A stretch of DNA of 64,000 nt from a virus (Duplodnaviria; Heunggongvirae; Uroviricota; Caudoviricetes). Positions 10,506 to 20,443 of the stretch are shown piece after piece. The notes under the pieces were generated by a model that had not been told where the DNA came from, did no database searches, and worked only from the letters and a program-made list of their open reading frames with translations. The translations under genes were made by a program, and so were the position numbers. Every line of letters starts with the position of its first letter. Position 1 is the stretch's first letter. The stretch lies in IMG/VR virus record IMGVR_UViG_3300017987_005500. One strand, 5' to 3'.

Positions 10506-11186
10506 TTAAACCCACCTGTCAAAGAATTCAACTACTTTGGATTCAACTAATCTGTCGAAATAATTAGCAAGATAACATTGTCCATCAGGTGTACAAATAA
10601 CACCACTATTAGATTCTCTAATATTCTCAGTTAAGAATCTTTGAGATTCAAATTTCATCTCATTAAAATCAACCACAGCACTTTTATGGGATGGCAGGGA
10701 TACTGAGTCAAATGCAACAACTGTTAACGGACCTTCCACTTCATTAAAGTTACTTTGTCTTTTAATTGTAGCAAGTCCTCTCATTGATAATCCAACACCT
10801 GAACCATCCTTTAAAAGTCCTGCCATGATTTGACCATTTGGAGTTGAAGCAGTCTCAAGTTCTCCAACAAGATGCTTTCCTCTCCATTCATAATCTCTTA
10901 TTATATGACCTACCTCTTTTAACATAACTGTTGTTTGTCTAATTTCATCGAAAGTCTCTCGTCCCGTCGGCGTGGGGTGATCGAGCTCTCCATAAAATGC
11001 TTTTCTTTCAATTCTTGGTTTACATGCTGCCATGCCTTCGTCTAAAACTTGATGAGGATACATTCTTCTGTTTTGATTAATTTCATCAGATGTTTGCATG
11101 GTCATACGAAAAATTGCTTTACCAGGTGATGATTTAACAACTTCAGCTTCTTGAAAAATAGCACCTTCTGCTATAAAATGTGGCAT
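10506..11186 (-). CDS. Prohead protease / core protein candidate (226 aa)
   Basis: Sits between portal and scaffold/capsid, as T4 gp21 does. No catalytic motif could be verified by eye. Confidence 0.3.
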   Translation of the reverse strand: MPHFIAEGAIFQEAEVVKSSPGKAIFRMTMQTSDEINQNRRMYPHQVLDEGMAACKPRIERKAFYGELDHPTPTGRETFDEIRQTTVMLKEVGHIIRDYEWRGKHLVGELETASTPNGQIMAGLLKDGSGVGLSMRGLATIKRQSNFNEVEGPLTVVAFDSVSLPSHKSAVVDFNEMKFESQRFLTENIRESNSGVICTPDGQCYLANYFDRLVESKVVEFFDRWV

Positions 11187-11199
11187 TTATACAACCTCC

Positions 11200-12198
11200 T
11201 TAACATACTTTATAAGCTAATTGACCTGTTGAACATTCGTCTTTGTGACCTTTTTTATAATGACATGTTTCACAACAAGCAATTCCAAAGTCAGGATCAA
11301 GTGAAAAAAATGGTTCTAATTTTTTTGGTCTTGAATGATGGGCATGATTTGCTTTTTCTCCACAATATTCACATTTGTAGTTTGCTCTTTCTAAAACTTC
11401 AGTTCTCCATATCATATATTCTTCACTTGTATAATATTCTTCTTTGATAATTCCTGCTCTTATTTGATCTTCTTTAATAAGTTGAGTTATAGTTTTTCCA
11501 AATAATGGACATTCTTCTTTACACTTATTAGAACAATAAAAATAAGAACCTTCATTACCATTTATACTTTCCAATTGTCTTATTCTTTCAGTAATCTGAC
11601 TTCCAGTTGGAGTAAACCAACCATCTTTTTCTTTACTATTTATACAATTATGATTTTTACAATGTACCTGAATTTCTTTTTCTCCTGGTTTATCAGGATT
11701 ATATCTCATTTCCTCAATTTTACTAAATGTAGGATATTTATTTATATAATCTATAATTGTCATAAATCTATGATTTAATATACCAATTCTACTTTCACTT
11801 ATTTTACGATTATGTTCTTTTGTATTCTTTTTACCTTTCATAGATTTACTAAGTTTTTGTTTATGTGAATCAGATAAACTATGTAATTTTTTTCCTTTAT
11901 TCCAAGCTTTTTGCCCTTTACTAGATTCACTCATTTTTTTTAAAGACTCTTCTGAATAAATTCCAGTTTTTCCTCTATTCCATGACTTTTGTCCCTTATG
12001 AGATTCGCTCATTTTCTTTCTTGATTCTTCATTAACTTTTTTGCCTTTACGAGGATGTCCATTAACTTTAAATAAATCTTTCATTTTTCTTTTATTTGCT
12101 GGACATTTTCTATGATTATTTACACAACACCATTTTCCATTTTTAAACTGATGAACAGCTTCTTGTCCACATCCATATTCACAATTCATATTATTCAC
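11200..12198 (-). CDS. HNH homing endonuclease with NUMOD-like repeats
   Basis: C-terminal 'CEYCGEKANHAHHSRPKK' HNH box. Repeated 'SESHKGQKSWNRGKTG / SESSKGQKAWNKGKK' motifs, N-terminal Cys cluster. Inserted within the head gene block. Confidence 0.7.
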   Translation of the reverse strand: MNNMNCEYGCGQEAVHQFKNGKWCCVNNHRKCPANKRKMKDLFKVNGHPRKGKKVNEESRKKMSESHKGQKSWNRGKTGIYSEESLKKMSESSKGQKAWNKGKKLHSLSDSHKQKLSKSMKGKKNTKEHNRKISESRIGILNHRFMTIIDYINKYPTFSKIEEMRYNPDKPGEKEIQVHCKNHNCINSKEKDGWFTPTGSQITERIRQLESINGNEGSYFYCSNKCKEECPLFGKTITQLIKEDQIRAGIIKEEYYTSEEYMIWRTEVLERANYKCEYCGEKANHAHHSRPKKLEPFFSLDPDFGIACCETCHYKKGHKDECSTGQLAYKVC

Positions 12199-12948
12199 TT
12201 AGTTAGGATTTTTATTATATTTCTTATCTTCTGCTTCTTTCTCTTTATAGTATTTATCAAGTAACTTATATATTACTTTAAGAAATTTATAAAAAATAAC
12301 AATAATTTCATCTATATTCTCTTTATACGAGTCAATGTTTGCAGTTAATACTTTAAACATTTCTATAGACTGTGACACATATTTTCTTAAAGTAAGAATC
12401 TCAACATCAGAACTTGTAGATAAATAAGACTCAATTGAAATTAGTCGAGCATATATTTTCTTCATCTCATATACTCTACCAAGTTCTTGTGGATCTTTAG
12501 GTTCTTCTTCGCCTGGCATTCCCATACCTGGCATTCCATCAGCACCCATTTCTCCACCAGGAATTCCTGACATATCTCCAGAAGGTTGTCCTGCATCTGG
12601 CATATTATTTGCTGGATCAGGTTCGGGCAACTTTATATCTTTTTCAGTCTTCTCTACTTTTTTAATCTCTTCATCAGCTTCTCTTAATTCATCATTTTCA
12701 CTAGGAAAATTTACATGAGTTTTATAAGGTCTTGTATCATGGAGATTAGGAACATCTTCATCTTGTGGATCATCTTTTGTAAATACATCTCCTCCTATTG
12801 GATTTCCCCAATTACCACTCCCAGTTTCCTTTAACTCTTTTTCTTTCTGTCTAAGAGCATTTTCTATTTTATTTAATATTGAATGATTAAATTCAGTCAT
12901 GTTAGAATGATCCTCCTCCCATACCGCCCATACCACCCATACCATCAT
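12199..12948 (-). CDS. Hypothetical head-associated protein, Gly/Met/Pro-rich (249 aa)
   Basis: Low-complexity 'GMPGMGMPGEEEP' segment; sits between portal candidate and protease candidate. Confidence 0.4.
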   Translation of the reverse strand: MMVWVVWAVWEEDHSNMTEFNHSILNKIENALRQKEKELKETGSGNWGNPIGGDVFTKDDPQDEDVPNLHDTRPYKTHVNFPSENDELREADEEIKKVEKTEKDIKLPEPDPANNMPDAGQPSGDMSGIPGGEMGADGMPGMGMPGEEEPKDPQELGRVYEMKKIYARLISIESYLSTSSDVEILTLRKYVSQSIEMFKVLTANIDSYKENIDEIIVIFYKFLKVIYKLLDKYYKEKEAEDKKYNKNPN

Positions 12949-14782
12949 CCTCTTCTTCAGTTACTCCAAGAGCTTTATCAAGGTCATCATCAATTTTATA
13001 TTTTTCAACTTCATCCCAATCAATATTCGTTAAGTATCGTTTCTTACTATATTCTTTTGGAATTCCTATTCGTTCTAATGTTTCAATTAAGTTTGCGAGG
13101 TCTGACATTGATCTAGCTTCTCTTTCAATTTGTAAATTTTTAGGAGAAGGTAGAGCGATTAAAATATTATCAAATAGAGTTAATGCAACTTCTGGATTAA
13201 CAATATCTAATATTTTTTTAATTAATTTATTAAGATCTCTTGTTAAATATTTTTGATGCGATACAACCGTCCTTGCAAATAAAATATTTTCTTCACTTAA
13301 AGCTGCCTTATTAGAAAGATTCTCTTCAATAGATAAGAAACTAGCAGGGACTCCAAGAGAAGATACTAATTGATCTCTCATTAATTTTAATTCATCAACC
13401 TTACTTCTTACATCAACATTTCCTTCTGTGAACGTACTTATATCAACAAATTGCTTTCCATCTTTCATTGGAATATAAACATCTTCAAATGTAGTAATCA
13501 TTGAAGGAATTGTGTCAATAGTTCCAAATGAATCAAGACTAATCTTTCTTTTCCTAAATGCTTCCTTCATTGCTTCTATGGCATTTCTTGCATCTCTTGG
13601 TAATCCAATCTCAACTCCAATTTTTCTTTTCTCGGTTGATCGAGAAAGTCTTTGAATTGCAAGAGCAGTCTCTAAAGCAATGAGAACTTTGGCAGCATAT
13701 TGTGTTGAATCAAATATGGATTCTCCATAAGGAGCATACTTTGAAGATGGTCTTTTAAAATGTTGCATTTTATCAGGTGGAATAAACCTGATATTAACTG
13801 CTTTTCCCTCTGAGGTTTCATTGATCATTGCCGCAATTATTTCTTTTAAATCCTTATCATTTGTAAACCCTTTCATTTGAGGTACTTTTTCTTCAAGACT
13901 TCTGAGCAGTTTAGCACAAATCGAATTGATCATATTGTCTTGCATTGATAAATGAGGATTTACAGATACTTTAGGAAATACAAGATAACCAAAACATACA
14001 GGAAATAAATCGCTTTGTAATTTGACTACATATTTTGGTTCATGAAAAATGATATGGATATTTTTTATTTTATCTTCTTTCTCTTGTCTGTTTTTAACAT
14101 CAGACTTTTTTGCTTCATTATATGATGAAAAATCAACAACAAAATTAGCAGTTTCTTTTCCTTCTGTTACAGTGAATTTTTCTTGCTCATCACCAAATTT
14201 GAATTGTTCTGCTAAAAGAGATTTACTTGTAAGAGCTGTTTTTGAATCTGCTATTTCAGCAAACAAATCTCCATATAGTAAAGTATTTCTAACAATCAAT
14301 TCTAAATGGTCTTCTAATTTCAAATGTTTGATTATTTCATTTACGATATTTTGTTTTGACTCTGTTTCAACTTCATCTTCTAAATATGATTCAGGGTTAA
14401 CTTCTAATGAAATCTTCGTAATATCATCAGGTGAAAGAATATTGTCAACAAGAACTGTTAATGCTCTATAACAATAATTTACAAAATCAACAATTGTCTC
14501 ATATGTTTTATATCTATGAAGTCGCCCACCTTGTCCCATCATTGCTGGAGAAAGATTAGTTCCTCCCATCATTGCATTTTGGGATGCATCAAATTGAAAG
14601 TTACCGGTCTTGGATATGAGAGATTTAACTAAGTCAACATAACCATTTCTTCCAGTTTGACTTTTATATGAGAGAATAGACTTTGATGCAGAATCCAATG
14701 TTGAATCAATATCCGCAGTCTTGACTCCGAGAACTGTATTCTTTAGCTTGTCATATCTATCCTTTAAGGTAGTACTTGCCAT
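12902..14782 (-). CDS. Portal protein candidate (626 aa)
   Basis: Largest ORF at the head of the morphogenesis block, with a 'GMGGMGGMGGG' C-terminal tail. Assignment is by size and position only. Confidence 0.4.
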   Translation of the reverse strand: MASTTLKDRYDKLKNTVLGVKTADIDSTLDSASKSILSYKSQTGRNGYVDLVKSLISKTGNFQFDASQNAMMGGTNLSPAMMGQGGRLHRYKTYETIVDFVNYCYRALTVLVDNILSPDDITKISLEVNPESYLEDEVETESKQNIVNEIIKHLKLEDHLELIVRNTLLYGDLFAEIADSKTALTSKSLLAEQFKFGDEQEKFTVTEGKETANFVVDFSSYNEAKKSDVKNRQEKEDKIKNIHIIFHEPKYVVKLQSDLFPVCFGYLVFPKVSVNPHLSMQDNMINSICAKLLRSLEEKVPQMKGFTNDKDLKEIIAAMINETSEGKAVNIRFIPPDKMQHFKRPSSKYAPYGESIFDSTQYAAKVLIALETALAIQRLSRSTEKRKIGVEIGLPRDARNAIEAMKEAFRKRKISLDSFGTIDTIPSMITTFEDVYIPMKDGKQFVDISTFTEGNVDVRSKVDELKLMRDQLVSSLGVPASFLSIEENLSNKAALSEENILFARTVVSHQKYLTRDLNKLIKKILDIVNPEVALTLFDNILIALPSPKNLQIEREARSMSDLANLIETLERIGIPKEYSKKRYLTNIDWDEVEKYKIDDDLDKALGVTEEEDDGMGGMGGMGGGSF

Positions 14783-14805
14783 ATTAATTTCCTTTTTGAA
14801 TACCT

Positions 14806-15048
14806 TTATCTACGTGCTTGACTTCTAACTCGCGATGAATATTTCTTCTTAATTATTTCTCTATATTTTTTACATAAGTCACAGTAGCGTTTCATTTGTT
14901 TATAAGAAGAATCATTTTTCTTTCTAGCATGAACTGTTGCTAATTGACTAGTTGTACGTTTTATTTTATGCTGTCTCGTTGATCTTGAGATTGTTGTTCG
15001 TTTTGGTTTCTCTATCAAAAGTATATAATCATCTATTAATTTACTCAT
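14806..15048 (-). CDS. Small basic protein (80 aa)
   Basis: Arg/Lys-rich ORF (RRTTSQ...RVRSQARR). Confidence 0.35.
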   Translation of the reverse strand: MSKLIDDYILLIEKPKRTTISRSTRQHKIKRTTSQLATVHARKKNDSSYKQMKRYCDLCKKYREIIKKKYSSRVRSQARR

Positions 15049-15482
15049 TTGGTTTCCTCAATATCAGAGTCCATAAGATTTTTAACTGATGCTTCTCTTA
15101 TTTCATCTTCTTCATATCTGTTGTTAAAATATTCCATGATATTGAATATTAAAGTTTCCATTCCAAAATGAGAAGTAAATTCTTCTACGAGTTTATCTCC
15201 CATTAATTTAAAAACTAATCGAGAAAAATCTTTAGCTGTAACGGCGAATTGATTATCATCAACTTTTGTAGCTTCAATGGAATATATAAATAATTGATCC
15301 TTATATATAATATCGTAAGCTTTTGCTTCAAAGTATTCAAGAGTTGTCATATAATCCGCAAACTTTATAATGAAAAACTCTCTTTTTCTTTGTTTTGAAA
15401 ACTTTGATACCATCCTTAAAGAAATTATTGCAATCGAAGCAAGAATTAACAAAAGGCTGATATTTACAATCCAATTAAGCAT
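15045..15482 (-). CDS. Hypothetical protein with N-terminal transmembrane segment (145 aa)
   Basis: 'WIVNISLLLILASIAIISL' hydrophobic N-terminus. Confidence 0.45.
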   Translation of the reverse strand: MLNWIVNISLLLILASIAIISLRMVSKFSKQRKREFFIIKFADYMTTLEYFEAKAYDIIYKDQLFIYSIEATKVDDNQFAVTAKDFSRLVFKLMGDKLVEEFTSHFGMETLIFNIMEYFNNRYEEDEIREASVKNLMDSDIEETK

Positions 15483-15888
15483 CAGTTATAACATCCTCCT
15501 CTTCTTCGATTTTTACTTCAGGTTCTTCTTTCTCAATTTCTTCTTTAATAGGTTCTTCATCCTTAGGACCACTTTCAGCAAAATCTATAGTTTTAAGAAT
15601 GCTAACATCTTCATTTGGTTCAGGTTCTTCCTCAACATTAATTCCATTAATTCTTGTTGGGCGAATTATTAAACTTGACTCTGAAGTTGCTAAAATGACA
15701 ACATTTGTTTCTTCCATCATAGATGATAAATTATTCACATAGTCTTCAATTGGATCATTATTATTATCACTTATTTCTACGATTTTTCCATCATCCAGGT
15801 AAATGGTTATTGACTTCATATACCTTCTCCAATTCGTTTTAGTCCGTAAGGACTTTATCAAGTATTCTATTAGATTCGATTGAGTCAC
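15475..15888 (-). CDS. Acidic hypothetical protein (137 aa)
   Basis: Glu-rich C-terminus 'EEPIKEEIEKEEPEVKIEEEEDV'. Confidence 0.45.
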   Translation of the reverse strand: MTQSNLIEYLIKSLRTKTNWRRYMKSITIYLDDGKIVEISDNNNDPIEDYVNNLSSMMEETNVVILATSESSLIIRPTRINGINVEEEPEPNEDVSILKTIDFAESGPKDEEPIKEEIEKEEPEVKIEEEEDVITDA

Positions 15889-16222
15889 CTAATTCTTCAA
15901 CAACAGGTTCCTCAGTCGCTTTCACGGGTTCGTCTAAAATTGGACTTTCAATGAGAGTTTCTTCAAACATTGAGTCTTCTGATGAGATTTCTTCAGTGGT
16001 TTCTGCGGGAGGTGATTTTATGGAAACATCTTCCACAACTAATTCAGGATTGTTGGATGGTTTTATATCTTCAATGATCTCAAAATCTGCACATTCAGTC
16101 CTTAAATATGATTCCATGTATGCAAGCTCTGCTTTATTTCGTATATCAATCTCAACAGGAGTTCGCACAGGAATATTTTTAATTATTAACATTCGATTTG
16201 GTGTAGTGACTTTAATCTTCAT
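15839..16222 (-). CDS. Acidic hypothetical protein (127 aa)
   Basis: Glu/Asp-rich ORF, overlapping-start coupled. Confidence 0.45.
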   Translation of the reverse strand: MKIKVTTPNRMLIIKNIPVRTPVEIDIRNKAELAYMESYLRTECADFEIIEDIKPSNNPELVVEDVSIKSPPAETTEEISSEDSMFEETLIESPILDEPVKATEEPVVEELGDSIESNRILDKVLTD

Positions 16223-16291
16223 TGTTCAGCATTCTCCTTTCTTCGAAATTTTTTTGGGTGGATAAAAAATTACCCACCCAAAAAAGTATAA

Positions 16292-17026
16292 TTATATTCG
16301 AACGTCGTCAGATTTGATATCATCAGCTTCTTCAACAGATTCCGCTTCGATTTCTTCTCTGAATATTTTGAATGCTTCCTGAAGATCTTTATCATCATCA
16401 GTGTCTTCGTCAGCTGTTTTTGGATTGTCCAATGGACCCATTTCTTCCAAATTTTCATCAGCTCCATCATCACCAGCATCATCATCGTCGCCTGCGTCAT
16501 CAGCTTCTTTAACTGGTTTTTCATCAGTATCATCATCGTCATCATCATCGTCTTCGTTTTCCATCTCTGCGATGAGTTTTTCGATTACAGCTTCTTCAGC
16601 TTCAGAAAGATCATTTGATTCTTCAACAGGTTTTTCATCTGCTTTTTCACCATCGTCGCCTGCGTCATCAGGATCACCTTCGTCGCCAGCATCGTCAGCT
16701 TCTTTAACTGCTTTCTCAATATCTTTCTTTGTTTTGCTTACATTTTTGTCAGGAACATCATCAACATCATTTCTATCTGGCTCTGGAAAATCAGATCGTT
16801 TTTCTTCTTCGCCTAAAATAGAAACGCCCTTGTCCTCATCATTACCAAAGTAATATCTTTCAAGAATTGAAGCTGCATCGGAAGTGGTTTTTAATTCACC
16901 ATCGCCTTTGTAGCTGATAATTTGTTTGGTCATGGGTCCTGTAACGTCTACAGTTTTTGTTGTGTCAAAGTCTGCCATTGCTTCTTTAAGTAATTTTGTA
17001 TAAGAAACTTTTTTAGTATTACTCAT
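16292..17026 (-). CDS. Highly acidic repeat-containing protein (244 aa)
   Basis: Poly-Asp run 'DDDDDDDDTDE'. Repeat unit 'KPVKEADDAGD..DDAGDDG' appears twice. Confidence 0.55.
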   Translation of the reverse strand: MSNTKKVSYTKLLKEAMADFDTTKTVDVTGPMTKQIISYKGDGELKTTSDAASILERYYFGNDEDKGVSILGEEEKRSDFPEPDRNDVDDVPDKNVSKTKKDIEKAVKEADDAGDEGDPDDAGDDGEKADEKPVEESNDLSEAEEAVIEKLIAEMENEDDDDDDDDTDEKPVKEADDAGDDDDAGDDGADENLEEMGPLDNPKTADEDTDDDKDLQEAFKIFREEIEAESVEEADDIKSDDVRI

Positions 17027-17133
17027 CTTTTCCTCCTTAAAAGAAAATATTTCATGTTATTAACTCTTCCCAGGCATCACCTAGATTTTGTATTTGTTCT
17101 ATATGTATTGTTAGTAAAGTGCTAGTTTGTTTC

Positions 17134-18651
17134 TTAAAATGTCAGCTGATTAAATGCAAATGTAACATTGCTCTTATCACCTTTACCATTTTGAACTTTA
17201 TCACTTTTATTCTCATTTTTTAATCTGTGTCCTCTAATAAATTTGAAGTGTTCAAAATTGACATGAAATTCAACAGATATATTTGACTTACCTGATCTAT
17301 TTTTAGCAACTTTAAGTAATACAATTTTTTCATTATATTGATCTTTAACCAATAAAGCAACAAAGTCTGCATGCTCAACTTTCTTAATTGATTCACCCAT
17401 CTGATCTAAGTTTAATTGATTTGCCTGCTCTGTCCTATAAGCACTCCTACTTAATTGAGTCAATGTTATTACAGGAATATTATATTCAACTGCTAATGCT
17501 TTAAGTCCTAATGTAATATCTCCCAATTCAATTCTGTATAAGTCATATTTAAGATCCGTCTTCATTAAATCCAAATAATCGACGTATAAACCCCTTATAG
17601 AGTCTTTTCCATACTCTAATATAACATCATCGAGAACCATCATTAAATCGACGCAACTTATAGATTTAGGAGGGAAATACTTCATTATAATAGTTGAATT
17701 ATTTTTATCCAACTTATCAAGTAATCTTTTCTTTATATCAATCCCTTGTCCAATTTCAGCAAGAACTTCTCTATTTGTCTTTTCAAATATGTCTTGATAA
17801 GTCCTTAAAAATGATTCCTCAATGGTATTCTCCATTGTGATATAAAGATATACATCTTTAACTTTTTCAGTTCCTTCATCCTGGTTTTGATTAATTGGAG
17901 CTGCCATAAAAGATTTATCAATGGTCGCTGCATTATCAATAAAATTATTTAAAATAGTGGATTTTCCCGATCCCGACCCTCCCCCAAAAACATAAAGTCG
18001 AGAAGGTTCAAATCCACCATGAAGGATTTCATTATCAAATACTGGATACCCAGTTGGAGTTGCATTTACTCTTTCATATTTTTTAATGATTTGATCTTTA
18101 ACATGATCAAAATCATCTTTTACTAAATCAAGTGATGAAGTTGCCTCCACCATTGCAACTCTTTGTTCTTCCATTAAATTGGAATATAAAACTTTTACAA
18201 CATTATCGAAGTCCAATACAACATCATCAATTGAATCAAAGTTTCCATTCTTTACAGTCTCTAATAATTCTTCAACATTATCAACATTGGAAAATAAATT
18301 ATTCAATTTCTTTCTTAATCTTATCTGCCTAATGTTATCTTCCATTGTCTTTTCATTAGGTTCTTCAGATATCTTAGCTAATACAAACTCTGCAATGTTG
18401 TCGAATTTATTAGATACCAAGATGCTATCAATTACATTATCAGTCTCTCTGCCATCTATTTTCATCTCACAAATCTTTTTAAGACAATCAACCTTAGTTT
18501 GAACTGTTACAGGAATCTCTATAGATTTTCTATCTTCAGAAAACTTTACAATTTCAACAATATCCCTGAATAAAGTCTTGTCCTTACGTACCTTAGAATT
18601 GTTGCATAGAATTACAGTGAAACATGAATTGATAAACCCTTCAGTTATCAT
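17134..18651 (-). CDS. SF4 replicative helicase (DnaB / T7 gp4-like)
   Basis: Walker A 'GGGSGSGKST' (cf. T7 gp4 GSGMGKST); 'VDYLDLMK' (DnaB H2-like); 'ITLTQLSRS' (H3-like SQLxR). Confidence 0.6.
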   Translation of the reverse strand: MITEGFINSCFTVILCNNSKVRKDKTLFRDIVEIVKFSEDRKSIEIPVTVQTKVDCLKKICEMKIDGRETDNVIDSILVSNKFDNIAEFVLAKISEEPNEKTMEDNIRQIRLRKKLNNLFSNVDNVEELLETVKNGNFDSIDDVVLDFDNVVKVLYSNLMEEQRVAMVEATSSLDLVKDDFDHVKDQIIKKYERVNATPTGYPVFDNEILHGGFEPSRLYVFGGGSGSGKSTILNNFIDNAATIDKSFMAAPINQNQDEGTEKVKDVYLYITMENTIEESFLRTYQDIFEKTNREVLAEIGQGIDIKKRLLDKLDKNNSTIIMKYFPPKSISCVDLMMVLDDVILEYGKDSIRGLYVDYLDLMKTDLKYDLYRIELGDITLGLKALAVEYNIPVITLTQLSRSAYRTEQANQLNLDQMGESIKKVEHADFVALLVKDQYNEKIVLLKVAKNRSGKSNISVEFHVNFEHFKFIRGHRLKNENKSDKVQNGKGDKSNVTFAFNQLTF

Positions 18652-19255
18652 CTAATTTCTTCACTCCCATTTTTATAAGTTCCATTTGAAGCTTATTCGC
18701 TATTATTTTATCCATGTCCTTTAATATTTGTTCTTTAAATTTATCCTTAATACCCTCAATATATTTAGGATCTATACTAACTTCATGCTGTCCACCTAAA
18801 TCTTTAATTACAATTCCTTCTCCATTTGACACAACAGGAATTGGCATTACTGACGTATGTCCTGATGTTGCTACATTTGCTATACTATGATAATGAGTTA
18901 CGCCGGCATAACCACTTCCACCCGCTCCATAACCTCCATGAGCAATTCCACCCCCACCTCCCCCACCACCTCCAGCAAAAGCTTGAGCAATATTTGATGT
19001 TATATCTTCTTCATCGGATTTTTCTTTTCCAACTATTTTTTCAATCCAATTTAGTTTACCTTCTCCATTGCATTTTTTACATGTACTAATATTATCAGTC
19101 CCATGTATTTTTCCTGACCCATTACATTTGTCACATAATTCTTCACATGAGTCTTCATCTAATTTTGGTCTCTTAGTGAATTTTCTTATCCTGTCTGTCA
19201 TATTAGCTAATTTTTCTGCATTTATAGCTATAGAATGAGCTGTTGTTTTTGCCAT
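18641..19255 (-). CDS. Zinc-ribbon paralog family member 1 (Gly-rich C-terminal domain)
   Basis: 'CDKCNGSGK...CKKCNGEGKLNWIEKIVGK' followed by 'GGGGGGGGGIAHGGYGAGGSGYAG' and a unique C-terminus. Confidence 0.6.
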   Translation of the reverse strand: MAKTTAHSIAINAEKLANMTDRIRKFTKRPKLDEDSCEELCDKCNGSGKIHGTDNISTCKKCNGEGKLNWIEKIVGKEKSDEEDITSNIAQAFAGGGGGGGGGIAHGGYGAGGSGYAGVTHYHSIANVATSGHTSVMPIPVVSNGEGIVIKDLGGQHEVSIDPKYIEGIKDKFKEQILKDMDKIIANKLQMELIKMGVKKLDDN

Positions 19256-19256
19256 A

Positions 19257-19559
19257 TCATTTACCTTTAATAATATTAAACATATCTTTTAAGTCTACAG
19301 CAACTTCTTTACCATCACATTTAACATAACCGGGAGGTAGTCCAACAAGTGATGAAGTCATTTTTTGTGCTACTTCAAAAAATTCATATATGTCAGTTTT
19401 AGGTATTTTTTTACCTACTACATTTTCAACCCAGTCAACTTTTTTATGACCATGACATTTTGGACAAATAACTTTAATAACATTTTCATCGTCATCTTTA
19501 CCTGGAGGTAACCATCCTTCTCCATTGCATTTTGAGCATGATATTAATTTATCATTCAT
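19257..19559 (-). CDS. Zinc-ribbon paralog family member 2
   Basis: 'CSKCNGEGW...CPKCHGHKKVDWVENVVGKK'. Probable start 'MNDKLIS' (ORF-track start 19622 overlaps member 3). Confidence 0.55.
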   Translation of the reverse strand: MNDKLISCSKCNGEGWLPPGKDDDENVIKVICPKCHGHKKVDWVENVVGKKIPKTDIYEFFEVAQKMTSSLVGLPPGYVKCDGKEVAVDLKDMFNIIKGK

Positions 19560-19882
19560 TATAATAATACCCATCCATGTTTTGTAAATGTATAAGTGTT
19601 CCCATTTGTAGAGTCTTCCCATAATGATCCAAGAGATGCTGAAGTTGGAGGGTTATTTGATAATATATGAATAGCTAAACCATCATCTTTACCTACTACA
19701 TTTTCAACCCAATCAACCTTTCCTGTCCCTAAACATTTATCACATATCTCTACACTTGGGATTGAAGTTCCATCAAATGAACTAAACTCCATTTCTCCTG
19801 TTACTAACAAACGAGTTCCTTCACAACGAGAACATATCATTTCACCCTCTTTAAGGACGATAGGTGGCATATTATTCGACAT
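19559..19882 (-). CDS. Zinc-ribbon paralog family member 3
   Basis: 'CSRCEGTRL...CDKCLGTGKVDWVENVVGKDD'. Confidence 0.55.
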   Translation of the reverse strand: MSNNMPPIVLKEGEMICSRCEGTRLLVTGEMEFSSFDGTSIPSVEICDKCLGTGKVDWVENVVGKDDGLAIHILSNNPPTSASLGSLWEDSTNGNTYTFTKHGWVLL

Positions 19883-20150
19883 AATCTAATATAAAGTTCC
19901 CATTAAATATTGCATTTTGAAATTCATTTGAAGTATAAAATGTATTATCAACTTTAAAATATGTCTTATGCATAGATTTAAAGTTGATATTCATATCAGC
20001 GATAAAAATATCATCAGAAGATTTATTTAATACGCTCATCGTTTTTGAAGATTGTTTACCTACTATATTTTCAACCCAATCGACTTCTATAGTTCCTAAA
20101 CATTTAGGGCATAATTCACTATCAATTCCATTACATTTTGAACAAATCAT
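19872..20150 (-). CDS. Zinc-ribbon paralog family member 4
   Basis: 'MICSKCNGIDSELCPKCLGTIEVDWVENIVGKQ'. Confidence 0.55.
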   Translation of the reverse strand: MICSKCNGIDSELCPKCLGTIEVDWVENIVGKQSSKTMSVLNKSSDDIFIADMNINFKSMHKTYFKVDNTFYTSNEFQNAIFNGNFILDYVE

Positions 20151-20437
20151 TTTATAAATTTAACTCCATCTTTATCAATACAATATGAAATTTCAATAAA
20201 ATCAACTGGTTCATTAAGTGTTATTACAGTATCAAATGAGTTATGAGATTTACCTGTTGCATTTTCAATCCAATCAACTTTACCAGTACCTAAACATTTT
20301 GGACATAAATTTTTAATTGGAATTTTCCTATCATCGTCAGGAGTCTTTCCAACTTCTTCCTCAATTAATCGAGAACCTTTACACAATGAACATAATATCT
20401 CACCCTTATCTTCATCTATAAAAATATCATTCATCAT
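20147..20437 (-). CDS. Zinc-ribbon paralog family member 5
   Basis: 'CSLCKGSRL...CPKCLGTGKVDWIENATGK'. Confidence 0.55.
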   Translation of the reverse strand: MMNDIFIDEDKGEILCSLCKGSRLIEEEVGKTPDDDRKIPIKNLCPKCLGTGKVDWIENATGKSHNSFDTVITLNEPVDFIEISYCIDKDGVKFIK

Positions 20438-20443
20438 GTATCC

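Noticed and set aside
16270-16548. Minus-strand 92-aa Met-rich ORF (MMMTMMILMK...)
   Set aside because: Alternative frame of the acidic-protein gene. Implausible composition.
16401-16853. Plus-strand 150-aa Ser-rich ORF
   Set aside because: Antisense to the poly-Asp/Glu gene 16292-17026, where GAT/GAA repeats read as ATC/TTC on the other strand. Compositional artefact.
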